64,000 nt of DNA from assembly GCA_001949185.1 (NCBI GenBank), contig BDGG01000011.1, forward strand, positions 455,552 through 519,551. The letters are read 5' to 3'. Below, piece by piece: positions 26,713 to 41,258 of the stretch. The stretch is from Ramazzottius varieornatus (Eukaryota; Animalia; Tardigrada). Position 1 is the stretch's first letter; each line of letters opens with the position of its first letter. Under the pieces are notes generated by a model. That model was not told the DNA's origin. It made no database searches and saw only the letters and a list, made by a program, of their open reading frames with translations. The translations under genes were made by a program, and so were the position numbers.

Positions 26713-27856
26713 CGGTAGTTTAAAAAGTGGACCATAACTCCCTGTACATCAGGTGTCACTCGAAACTGTCCATGAAGCGCTCACCACTCCGAATGGAAAG
26801 TGATTGCGTTTACCGTCATTTAGCAAAGAAAAAACAGGGCAGCTGAGTCGATCACCTTGTAAATGATCAAGAAACGCAGGGAAATCAAAACGAAGGGGGA
26901 AGAACTGGATTATTGACCGTGTCTCGTATCGGAAAAATACAAGCTCGATATGGCGGCCTATCCCACCGCAGCCATGGTCGATGAGCAGCTAATAAGTCCC
27001 TTACATCCGATCACCATAATGTCTCTGATGTTGATTAGGTTGTTGATACACTACAGATCACACTCATGTCAACTACTGTCGAAATGATGATCAAACTATG
27101 GGTGGAATAACTGGCTAAAAGACAGAGCGGAAAGTAGAACGAGTAAATATGCTGCGACATATGAACGCCTGACTAGGTCTATCCACGCCATTCCATTACT
27201 ACTACAGGCTGAGCCGGCACGGGGAAAATGAGATGGCTAGGCTAGGTCGCCAAAGTAATGCTCACGGTCGATGGCGCATTGTTGGGACAAGTCAAAGCTA
27301 GTGTTAGTGCAAGCAGGATTACCGCCAGGATTTGCTGTAGGTACAGTAAATTCGATATCCCCTTTTCACCACGTATTGACATTCAGCCTACTGTTGTGGA
27401 GAAAGAGACTTTAATGTTGGAACCCTATTCAGCGGTGGACACAAAGGACCCTCTTGAACATGGCAACGTTTTCTCACAACATCGCCTTTCCCTACACTCC
27501 TTCCATCATCAGTGTTTATGTTACTGTTCGTACCGACAGCTGGGCGACCTCACTTGCTTCAGCCATGTTCAACGTACAAGTACAGTCTTCAGGAGCTCGG
27601 CAAATAAACTCGACAATCTTCCGCCAAGTGGCGCAACACCCCAAGTGGCGCACGTCGACCGCGTTGGTGGCTGGGGGCGTGCGCCACTTACAAAGGGATC
27701 TCGCCCAGTTGTTAAAGTGGCGCGCGCTTTCAATGGTGCTCGCTGAGAGCATGCTCCAGTCAGATAAACGATCTTGATGGATTTCTATGCCTAGGTCTGA
27801 ATTTAGTTAACTTTTTCTTTGTAACAGAGATAACACACGTAAAATGCACAGAATAT

Positions 27857-29710
27857 TCATTTCATCTTTTCAGGAAACTCTGGAAATAATATAGAAATTA
27901 AATAAGAGAGAACCTCGTCGTTTCGCGTCATTTGCCGATGACCAGCACCTGCAACGGACAGCATGTTTACCAGCACTGCGACCCTTAAGAGGCTATCAGC
28001 ATACAGGATAGGAATATACCTGCAAACGTGCGAGATATGACCGGCTGCCTCTGTTGCGTTGCCCACAGTCCACACGCATCGAGACTGCGCCGGTTGACCG
28101 TCCCATCGCCGTCTTCCATAACGATGCCGGGACAGGCGGTGGGGAATCCACCAGGCGGGTAGATGTACTCAGCTGGAGTACTGACACCGGTTCCGGAGAC
28201 GCAGTAGACCTACGGACGGTTCACCATAGAGTACTTGGTCGATAAGAACAATGCCTAAAGATCCAAAATGATGTTCGTAGAGTACAGTACTTTGACATTG
28301 GGAGGAACGAGGCTCTGCGTCAAGTTCTTGACATCCTGATAGATTTCCCAACCGTCCAGAAGATCCAGATCGGCGAAGAAGTCCCGAAGGTTCCCCAGAC
28401 TATACTTTTTGTTCGGCGTCGACACCAGAGTGGCATTGAGGGGCCAGAACTTTTCGTTCGGTATCAGAAAAATACTCTGCACACGGACAGGTATGAAGTA
28501 ACCGTGTTATATTGACGCGTCAAGTTTGTGTATGAGATTTACACTGGGAGCTGTTCGGAGGACCTCGCCCATGCGACTTCGGCTGACAATGGGGATATTG
28601 AGATCATCGCCGCTGGCGATGACTTTCATGGCTTTGACCGCGCCACCCCACGGACCTCCCATCCCCACAAAACTGGACACGTATTTATCCTTCCACTCTT
28701 GCGGCTGACGATTCAGGAAATAAAGGAGGTACAGATTACCCAGGGAATGGGCCACATAGGTGATCTTGGTTTGGTGGTTATCCTCGTACGTGTTTTCCGT
28801 CAGCTTTTTCAGGTCCTTGAAATATTGCTCTTGTTCATCTAAAAGGACATCATTGCTCAGTCAAGTCCGCGGCTTTTCTTTGAATAGCGATAAACGCACT
28901 GGGAGCTTTCCGAAAGTCGTAAGGCGCTCCGCGAACCGTGACTCCTCGTTGATAGCCGTGGTCGACCAGTAAGTCTACCATCGAGGCAAAATACCGAGCT
29001 GAAGAAAAAAAAACGAGTTCAATTTAATAATCCCAAATGCAGGCGAAAGCAGCCGGACAATTTGATCCGTCTTACAGGCTGGATTCTTGATTGTGGTGAG
29101 ATATTCAATGGAGGAAGTATCGCCAAATCCGGGGACTCTAATCTGGACTCCGATGGCGTTCAGCGTCTTCCTCGTCACATTATCGAACTTCATCCTTTGA
29201 GCAAGAGGAAGTTTCGTACATATCGTTTACAAAGCCATTCTGAATTTCAGACGTCAGTCTGTAAGTTTGGAGGAAGAACCGTACTTGAGGTTGTCGACCC
29301 AGCAATCCACCAAGGTAGGAATAAGGATATCGAGATCAGCCCAGACATGGCTCCAGTCCTTCTTGCTGGGACAGATACGATGTCGGACGCTGGGCTTGTC
29401 CAGCATAGCTTCCAGCATACTTCCGCCATCTCCCGGCACTTCAAGAACATGATAAGATTAACCGTTACGAGCGCCATGCAGATTCACTGACCAAGTCGCG
29501 CTTACGAATAATCACCGGTGAGAGGCTGCCTTCGCGTACTGCCGTCTCCGCTTGTCCATTCCTGACAGAACCCGAAATCTTCGACGAACCCGATGCCAGA
29601 ACACTCTTGATCTTGTCCACTATGCCTCCGGAGACACCAGCTGACACGATCAGAAGGAGAACGGAGAAACAGCAGAGGGATCGAGCCATAGGAGCGACGT
29701 TCAACTGCAT
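27857..29710 (-). CDS. PLA2G15: Group XV phospholipase A2 / LCAT-like lysosomal lipase
   Basis: Signal peptide; PVII.PGDGGS; CWVDN; VPGFGDT..IEYL; GAPYDFR; nucleophile motif AHSLG; DGDGTVN; catalytic His in the last exon; stop at 27857-27859. Confidence 0.9.
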
Positions 29711-30072
29711 GACTGCATAGCCTCAATGTTTTGTCAATGACGAAAAAACTTTGAATCACGTGATCACATTATATTTTTTTTCCACCTGTTGATGCATAAC
29801 TTTGCTGAGCATTTTGAAATTGTGAGTAATACGACATGCAGTGCGTTATAGCTGTTGTGTAAACAATGCTTTATCGGTTTGTCAATAAAGACAGGTTTTT
29901 CTTTGGCCGGAAACCGGAAACAACACACTTTAGATTCTCCCGAGTTAGCGATAAAATTTGTAAGGCGTGTCAAAGCGTCATTTTCTTCTTCGAAGGAGGA
30001 ACTGTAACCGAGCTACAAGAAAAGCATCAACAGAATTCAGATAAGTTTAAGAGGAAGACATCTAATATACTA

Positions 30073-33000
30073 TCAATCACTCTGCTGAGAATCGGGGCGT
30101 AATAACGAAGGATCCTTCACATAAATCTCCTGACGTCGCGCGACGTCAACGTAGGCCAGACAAGCCAGCACAGGCACCAGGACGAAGGCACCGACAACGA
30201 AGCACAAACCGGGCCACCAACTACTCGTCGCTGCGAACATGCTGGTAAAGATCACCGAGGCGAAGAGCGGCGTCACCGACTGACACGAAGATATGAAAGA
30301 CATGATCTGCAACAAGAAAATATAATTTTAGCTCGAAGGAAATACTGTAAAAACCCGCTGCGTCCGCGCAGTACTTCATCGTACACGTGAAGTACAGACC
30401 CGGTCCGGCAATACTGCCTGTTCAACCCCCTGCGGGGGTGCATCGTCAAGTACGTGTACGTGCTGCGCGGACGCAGCGGGTTTTTATAGTACACGTCAAA
30501 CGTTGGCAAACATATAAGACCGAATTTGCACGGACCTACATACACTAATATTGCACAGACATACGGTTTAATGCATGCGGGTACGTGAAGGCACACACCT
30601 GCATACACCAAATCACGCATGTATTGTACGATTGGTATATGTAGGTTCATGACAGTTGCACACCTACATACACCAAACCGTACGTCTAAAACAGGATTAC
30701 TGTACGCAGGTACATAGAAACCGGTAACGTTTCGTCTACCGATCTTGCTCACACTCTCAAGTGGTTTCTTTACCTTGCCAATCTCACCGCGGTCGACGAG
30801 GCCCGACAAAAGCGACCGAAGACACGGAATCATGATGTTGCGAAGAAGCCCGGCAACAACCGAGACGTAGAGTACCCAATCGACTTGGGCAACCCCAAAG
30901 CCGAAATAGTACAGGATGGCCGACAGTACGGCCAGCATGCCGATCAGCGTATCAGGCATGCCCAGGTATTGCCGGAAGAGTATCATGGCCGCCATCATGC
31001 TTATGGCGCTGAGGAGACCCGAGACACAACTAAAGACCGTGTAGAATGTCACGGACCAGTTGAAGGGTTGGAACTCCACCAGCAGCTGTAAAACATTTCC
31101 ATCGCCTGAAAATATTCCTCTCTGCGTTATTTGCTCTGTCTTTTCTATATTTTTGTGAAAATTTACCGATAGAGACAGTTGTAATTAGCAAGAGACAAAA
31201 CAGCAACAAGGCAATATGGGCTCGAGTATTGCCCACGCGTGCCCTTCGAAGCATTCTGAAGTTGTCCAGGAAGTTATCCAACGTGAAGAGCTTTGAGTAG
31301 CCTCTGTTGGTTCTTCCCGGGGTGTGCCGGAGTCTATCGTGCAGGAAGAAGGCTGTGTGGAGGAGAGCGACGACGTAGCAGCCGATCGTTAGGTAGAATG
31401 GCATGACCATCCCGAAGAGCTTGTACACGTAACCACCTAATAAGCTACCCGCATTCCCGAAGACGATCAAAATACCATCAATCAGCGCGATATTTGTCCC
31501 GCGATTCTTAAAGTAGAAAGAATTTTGTTTTACGAACAAATGTGATTGGGATCTCGGCAGACAAATTTACCAACATAGGTTCTCTGGTGGCGCAGACTGA
31601 CAGTACCGGTTGCCGGCAGCACGCGCCACTTGATTGAACGATTTGGTTTAGTCTTCCCAAGTGGCGAAAATTAGTAGTGTTATTGGCTAGTAAAGTGCGC
31701 CACTTGAACGAGAAAACGAATCTCGTCGATTGTGCCAACGTCCAGTCATATTTCGCTCATTCTCGGATATGTCATACTTTGTCGATTGTGTAGTCGCCGA
31801 CGAAGCTGAACATTGCCATCAGCAAGACGGTCCATCCGCCCGTCAGCGAACTCAAAACGGGTGCCACCAGAAGGTACGCCGGGTGAAGACGGTAGTTGGC
31901 TAAGATGGAGATGTAGATGGCCGAAGCGGTCATACCAACCAGCGAGAGAACCATCGGCGGTTTCCGCCCGTAGGCGTCGCTCCATGATCCTAAACACAAC
32001 CAACGTCAATCTGAATTTAAAAGCGCACAAATTTTGGCTGGAAACTACAGACCTACAAACAGGGAGAATATGATGGGTGGAAGACTGGAAATGAGATTGC
32101 TGTACAACTGAAATTGGGCCGTTTCCCTCACGACGGAGTTGGCTAGCTCCTTGTACTGTATGTCACTGATGTGCTCGCAAATATCCTCCGAGATATTCAG
32201 CTTCACTTCACAGATCTGAAACGCAAAGAAAACAGTCCACGTCCCACAGTCCTGGCGTAAAACAACATTCGCGGGGCGGCACCTTAACGGGTATTGTTGC
32301 CGCCGAGGGAGGCTAAAAGGGAAGAAAACGGGAACTGGGATGATGGCAGCGCGTATCTCAAGTTCCCAACCATTGAAGTACTCCCGGTGACTCAGAATCC
32401 AATGCTATAGCCTTATCTCCTTCTTTTGTGACCTACTTTCGCTTCTCCTCAGTCACATTCCATTCATAAACTTATCTCCACCAATGTTGTACTTTGCCCA
32501 GTGAAGGGCAAAGTTCAGCAGATGGGTTTAAACACAAACTTACGAACAAAACCAGCTCCGCAACGACAGCTGGTGCCCAAAAATCCCAAGTTAGACCACT
32601 TGAAGTGGGTTGACATGGGATAACATGGGGTATCAACTCGCATGCAAGGTTTATTAGTAGGCTCTGCGAGCATTACGCAATAGCCTGACACTGCATCGGC
32701 GGCAACAAAAGAAAAGACGCAACGTGACTATTCGTATTGCCGAACGCTGCAAAAACCACGTGACACCCAAACTTGATTGATTGGGTGATAATTGATCGAG
32801 TAAAGTGAAAATATTGATTTTTGAATTAGGTTGTTGTCAGGAATTTTCCTCTTACCCGCATCTTCAGCAGTTCTGTATGGATAGGTCCGATGATTCCGAA
32901 GGCTAAGGAGATAAAGATGGTGAGAGGTGCCAATCGGAAAGAGGTGTAGAAGGTGGGTAGGTCGACTGCGTCCAAGATCCGGACCGAGCCTGTTTCCGAA

Positions 33001-33158
33001 TCGACGCGCTGGAGGATAGCCTGATGATCCTCCTGCCATTGCTCGTCCCCCTCATGGATGACTTGCTTCTCAAAGACAGATCCACCTAACGGATTCTCCC
33101 CGAGAGCAGTAACCACCACCACGGTGCCTGGGTCGGAAAATCCCTCCGGTATGCTCAT
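30073..33158 (-). CDS. SLC46 (PCFT-like) MFS transporter
   Basis: Multi-exon hydrophobic protein with GSWSDAYGRKP, LSSLTGGW...FSFVGD, PFNW and LRSLLSGLV..GEIGK motifs typical of the SLC46A family. Confidence 0.85.
30344..30489. mobile_element. Palindromic MITE (TA-flanked) in the last SLC46 intron
   Basis: ta-CTGTAAAAACCCGCTGCGTCCGCGCAG...CTGCGCGGACGCAGCGGGTTTTTATAG-ta; homolog of 3085-3230. Confidence 0.8.
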
Positions 33159-33363
33159 CTTGCCGAAGTAATGACTCCCTCTTCTGAACCTCGCGATCGG
33201 TAGCTGTTACTCGTAGTCTGCGTCATGACGGGGAGGAGGTCCACCTACAGAGTTTGTAACCAGTAGTGTCAGCAAATATTTAGACGAAGAAGATACGGAG
33301 GAGAAAAGGAGTTCGTAAACAAGGCCAGATTACTCAACCGGAATTTGACATTGCGAAATGACC

Positions 33364-33661
33364 GATAAAGGCTTGATTGCCTGATAACAAGCAGCAAGCC
33401 ATGTCAACCTTACATCACCAAGATATTGACAACGAAATCAACTCTCGCGACGACGTCACTGCGCCGAGGTGACGTCCTGCGGCTGAAAACCGTTTAGACC
33501 TCCTCGAGACCTCGAGGCATCTTTCTTTATCTTATCTTGTGCTCAACACTTGACTGCGACTACTTATCTTATCGAGAATTGTTATGCTTAGAAATTACAG
33601 ATGGTTCTGCTTGGTTGTCCTTGGTATCTAGTTAAGAAATCCAGCCATTAAGTAGTATAAA
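33364..33661 (+). promoter_or_regulatory. GATA-motif cluster and TATA box in the divergent SLC46/UGT promoter
   Basis: Six GATAA/TTATC motifs between 33364 and 33573; TATAAA at 33656-33661 upstream of the UGT ATG. Confidence 0.5.
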
Positions 33662-33797
33662 GCGCGCCAGTTGATCAGAACTCATCAACTGTATCACCGG
33701 TAACTGAAACTGTGCAGTCTCAAGTCTCGACCAATTTTTCTCAACCACAAATTTCTATACCGGGTTTCTTTCTCTTTAATATTTACAGCACAGAGAT

Positions 33798-35459
33798 ATG
33801 GCGCAAAAAGGCAAACACTTTCTGCTCCTACCGGATTCGGCATTCGGTCATATCATCCCAATGCTGGAACTAGCTCGGCATCTCGCTGACATTTCCGCCA
33901 CCGTCACATTCGCCGTTTCCGCACTGCTGGTGGACGACATGTGCCATCGTGATATTCTTTCTAGAGAAGAAGAAAAGCAGTTCAATTTGTACGGGATCGA
34001 AGACGGAGTCAAGCATACCCTGGACGAAGCCTGCACACCTAAAATTCTCATGGACAAATTCGAACTATCGGCAGCGGGGCTAAACCTTTTGTTGAACCGC
34101 ATACCGATCTCCGGCAGCACCGTACGTCGTGAAAATTCTACCTGACACGTTCCTTACAGTACTCTTTCGAGATTGTTTTATAGTCTAAATAACTTGAACG
34201 TATGCAACGTAAAGTAGCGCACGTCCTTGAGGTTAACAGCTGCACTTGGACAAGTCGACAAGACTGTCTTTCCAAGTGGCGCAGGTTTTCATTCTTAGTA
34301 GCCAAGAGTGCGCGCCACTTGGTAGAACGATCTGGGTGAAGCCGTTTGTCGTCGTCCCTTTTCTATTGTGTATATTCGGTGTACTCGTATACAAAGTGTT
34401 TTGTGTATATTACAGATTGACGGGAAAATTGTCTCCGAACTGTCCGCACCCGTTGACGCCGTGATTGTGGACATTTTGCTCGTTGGTGCCATAATCGACA
34501 CCTGTCGTACTCGCCGTCTTTCGGTCTTCGCATTCAGTCCTTTCGCAGGCACGTTCTGCTACCACTTTCTCATGATCCGTGAAGACGCGCCCACCGTTCC
34601 TGACGAGATGTTCATGGAAGAAATTCCCCTTGGACGATCCGTCCACAGTTTCCGTTCGGTCGATCTAGCTATCAACCGCGCCCTGCTACACGTGGACGGT
34701 CTCCTCATCAACTCTTTCCGTTCTCTTGAACCCCAACTTCAAACCATGATCGATCGGGACGCTCCCCAATTCTCCAACGTCCGTCTCCATTTTGTGGGTC
34801 CTTCTTTACCTGTGGGAAATAATCCCACCACAATTTCTGACTGCAAAACGACCCAGTGGTTAAACATGCAAGAACCTCGATCCGTCGTTTATTTCTCCTT
34901 CGGTTCGATTGCAGCTGCATGCCCTGAACAAATTAAAACGATCGCGGAAGGTTTACTCTCCTTGAAGAAACCTTTCATTTGGTCGCTGCGACTTTCACAG
35001 CAATGCCATCTACCGGCTGAAATACTACAACCCACAGACAAGTACCTGATCGTTCCTTGGGTTTCTCAGAAAGCGGTCTTAGCACACGAAGCAGTGCGCG
35101 TCTTCATCAGTCATTGCGGGTGGAACAGTACGTTGGAGGGACTGAGTAACGGGGTGCCGATTGTGGCCTGGCCGTTCTTTGGAGACCAGTTTGCCAATGC
35201 GGGACTGGTTGTCCGATCTGGGTGCGGCGTGCGCGTGCCGAGAAGGGTGGCCGTAGACCAACCGAAAAGCGAGGTCCAAGTTCCGGCGGAGCAGCTGAAA
35301 AATCTCATCGACCAAGTGGCGCAGTGGGAAAAGACTCTGGAAAAGAACGAGTTTTTCGTTGCTGCGCAGAGTTTACGGAAGGATGCGCGAGAAGCTTTGA
35401 GCGGAAGTGAGGAGCTTTCGCGTGCCCTGTCTAAAATTCCGACGCTCGCGAATCTCTGA
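33798..35459 (+). CDS. UDP-glycosyltransferase (GT1) with plant-type PSPG box
   Basis: Exons 33798-34121 and 34416-35459. N-terminal GHIIP, SVVYFSFGS, and a 44-aa PSPG box WVSQKAVLAHEAVRVFISHCGWNSTLEGLSNGVPIVAWPFFGDQ (35058-35189). No signal peptide or C-terminal TM anchor. Confidence 0.92.
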
Positions 35460-35872
35460 ACGTTTCCTTATTTTCGTTTGTTATTTTGTTGTTTCCAATA
35501 ACTCGGCTGCAAATTGTTTTTTCAATTGATCCCTGCTTGTGAATCTTGGACACTCTTGCTGATACTTTTAGCTAACACTACGTGCTGTGCGTGTCGATGG
35601 CGATGAAATTGTACCACTGTTGGTTTGAGTTTCGCGAGCCAAAGACCCATCAATACTTTACCTTGATCCACACTACAAGTACTGAACTGCGACAGACCTT
35701 CACCAGTGGAAACTTCAGAACTTTGCTCCGAGCAAAATTTCACTTCTCAAAAAACAACACACCGGGTATGAAGTTTAAGTCCGAGTTTCGTACACGAAGC
35801 GAGATTGCATACCTCAGTGCTTTTAGCAAGTGCTTGCCAGACTAAGGACATCTCCTGGTTGTAAGAAGCCCT

Positions 35873-35977
35873 TGATAAATCCTATACGCCTGCAAAAACG
35901 AGCTGGAAAAACCCGGAACGAAACAGCAACGAACACATGTACTGCTGAATTTCGCCTGGTAGCATCGGGTATAAATA
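35873..35977 (+). promoter_or_regulatory. Putative GATA + Rel/kB + TATA promoter of peptide gene 1
   Basis: TGATAA at 35873-35878, GGAAAAACCC at 35905-35914 (reverse complement GGGTTTTTCC), TATAAATA at 35970-35977. Confidence 0.45.
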
Positions 35978-36087
35978 CTGTTTGGTGACGACCTCGAAAC
36001 ATCTCGAGGATAGAGTTTCGTTCCAGTCAGACGTATTACGTGTTCTTTCTCATATTTGTCGGGTGTCTCTTTTACCTGTGTACCAGA

Positions 36088-36487
36088 ATGGCAAGCCGTG
36101 TAGTTCTATTGGCACTGCTCGTTGTGTCAGCTGTATGCTTCCTCAACATCGCTGCCGCCAACGGTAAGCCAAAACTGCAACGCTCAGTTCAACTTTGGTC
36201 TTGTGAAAATTTGCAGTGATATGTTTTGATAACTGTGAGTTGCAGACAAGCACACTGATGAAGCTCGTGCAAAGCTCGAAAGCAAAGATTTCGAGGAGCC
36301 CGCCGGTCTGCATGCCGATGAAGTCGGAAAAGCCGGAGTCGAAGGGCGGGCCCTGAAAGCGCCGTTCAAGGAGAGCTGCACATTCCGATGTGGAGCGGCT
36401 CACGGCGCCTGCAAAGCCAATGGGACACTGGCCGCTTGCGACTACCCCAAGAAGTGTAACTGCGAAAAGTTCTTCCACGATAACTAA
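36088..36487 (+). CDS. Secreted 6-Cys prepropeptide 1 (105 aa, defensin/toxin-like organisation)
   Basis: Exons 36088-36163 and 36246-36487, absent from the ORF track: MASRVVLLALLVVSAVCFLNIAAAN-DKHTDEARAKLESKDFEEPAGLHADEVGKAGVEGR-ALKAPFKESCTFRCGAAHGACKANGTLAACDYPKKCNCEKFFHDN. Confidence 0.85.
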
Positions 36488-37375
36488 AAATTTGTTCGTT
36501 ACTGTCACAACGGGGAAACATTGATTTCTAATTTTCTGTGCTGTATATTAATATGCAAGTAGTGTTTCGACAAGTACGATCATTGAACCCCACAGAAATA
36601 AACTTCCGCGCTGTTGGCCTATAGTACAACTGCTCCGTCGCCCTTTGTTCTGTAATTGTGCCTCAAAGACTAACATTATGAACAGATCTTGTACAAAGAC
36701 AAGTATCAACGAGTCACACGGGATACAAAAATAAGAAGGCGATCGAGAAGAGGTGAATTGTTCTTTTCGGATCACAGCTGACGCTGGCACTAACTTAGCG
36801 GTACTTTAACGCCCACGAAATTTAGCGAATTGTACCTTCCTGTCACCAGGATCGCGTACACATAGGGTGTGTTTGGGTGCGCCATAAGGGTGTCGCTCAT
36901 AGTGATCGAAGTTCCGGGTTCTAGTCAGGGGTGCTGGTGGTTACGTGACTTTCGAGTGTCATTTCCGGGAAAGTGGTCACGATACTACGGTATTCTGCCA
37001 CTCGACCAGAAAAGGCTTGTTCGGCAAAGGGCTGACATGAACGGACAGCAAAACATGGCGATGAAGACGAAAACTTGGCCCACATGTCCGCCACGCTCAG
37101 CGTTTTGGAGTGAAGAGCGTGCTGGAGATAGAAGCCCCTTAAGCATCCTTATGAGACACTCCAAGTAAGCTGGTCACGTTCCTCGTTGGGACATGTAAAG
37201 TGACCCATTTTGCACTTTGGAATTTTCCTTCTCTTGTACGTAATGTTGCTTTTTCCAGTCAACTAGAAATTACATAAACCGCACGAAAAAATACGCTATC
37301 AGTATTGTCATTTCTAGTTACCGTTTGTCTCGTTCCGAAGAAAACTCTGTTCTAGTTTTTCTACCGAGATTCACA

Positions 37376-37746
37376 ATGGCAAGCCGTATGGTTCTTTTGG
37401 CACTGGCTGTCATGGCTGTTGCTGGTTTGTGGGGAGCTGTCACTGCCGAAAGTACGCACAAATTTTAAAATCCATTTCGTTTTCTTATCTTATCAAACAG
37501 TATGATCGTTACCGTTTCCGAATATTGTAATGTTTTCTAGGCATGTCGGGCGAGATGGCACCGCTGATGAACAACACTGGGGTCGTTGCCGAAGACGCAT
37601 TGGATCACGACAAGTTCCTCGGAATCAAATGGCCCAAAGTCGATTTGAGCTGCACTATTCGATGCGGATTCGCCCATGCCTGCCAGTTCAATGGAGGCAA
37701 CTGCGCATTCCCCAAGGGCTGTGTATGCGACGACTTTGCACATTAG
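37376..37746 (+). CDS. Secreted 6-Cys prepropeptide 2 (93 aa, paralog of peptide 1)
   Basis: Exons 37376-37451 and 37541-37746: MASRMVLLALAVMAVAGLWGAVTAE-SMSGEMAPLMNNTGVVAEDALDHDK-FLGIKWPKVDLSCTIRCGFAHACQFNGGNCAFPKGCVCDDFAH. Same 76-nt first exon and phase-1 intron as peptide 1. Confidence 0.85.
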
Positions 37747-38398
37747 AGACCGACCGATCCATAAAGCTCTATGCGAATGTAGACTTTCCCCGTGGCTTGT
37801 CCGGTCGTTTCTAATTCAATTTCGCAAATCGCGTTGCGCTCTGCAAATGTCTGTACAACACGACTATAAAAAACAAAATTACTATTTATACCTTTGGTTT
37901 TCCGATCCATGTTTTTCGAAGATAGGGAATACCGTGAAGGAGTTGTCGTGAAGTTTTTGAAATGATATTTTGCACGCTAGACTGAGAACCAGCAGCTTTG
38001 CTATCGATGCTTGATTGAACACTTGTAGCATCCATCAAAACACTAGGCAGCATGCAAAGTGTCCAAGTTATGAATCAACTATGAACGATGTCCCCGCTTC
38101 GTGGGTGACCAGTGGTCGGTGGCGCGCACCTTCTGTTAGACATGTTGTATGTCATACTGTACAATATACTGTACAGATTACATAACACCATATGTTATGA
38201 CTCATAACTTATGAGCGTGTGCTGGATGTGGGTCAGGTGATCAGCTGATCAGTTATGAATGATCGCTTCATTGATTTGCAATTTCGCTTGGACTTTGCAG
38301 TTGTCCTCCAGAGATTCTGCAACGGATCGTATTTTGCTACTTGGCTTCATCGTCTGCTTTACAGCGAGGGCTGAAGGGGACCTTCCTGTCGTCTGAAG

Positions 38399-40730
<2,332 letters not shown>

Positions 40731-41258
40731 GGGTGAACGATCAGGGAGATTTATATTGTTCCGGTTTCGAATCTTTACTCGTGGTCACACTCTGAAAGTT
40801 TATTGTTGGAATTCAAGCGGAGGTTTTAGGCCTTGCCGGTAACTGCTCAAAAAAGCCAGCAATGGAGCCCTTCCAACTTTCCTCCATTGAGGCATTAACT
40901 AATGCCAGTTTATCGTTTTATGTTATACTCGTGGTCTTCAGTAACCCTTCATAGATTTTTGTTTTTCCTGCTTTTAGAAAAGCCGTTCTAATCTTTGATA
41001 CCCGCGGTCTAACGTGTAAGATCAATAAACCCATCGTGATCGGACCTTCCTGGCTGCTGATTCGGTTGATTGGAGATCAGGGCGAACCTTGATTGGTCAA
41101 AGGAATGACTTTCATCAATCATCAACCACCAGCTTCATTCGATCCTTTTTACATTTCGCTTTCGAATTCTCTCCTGTCTTTTTCTTCCCCAGTTGATCGG
41201 CGAAATTCGGGATCATCCTCCTAAAACTGGCAAAGTCGAAAAAGTGGATGGACTCTGC

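Noticed and set aside
30273-30775. C-terminal half of the 268-aa SLC46 ORF as coding
   Set aside because: Read-through of an intron containing a MITE; the splice donor follows GEIGK.
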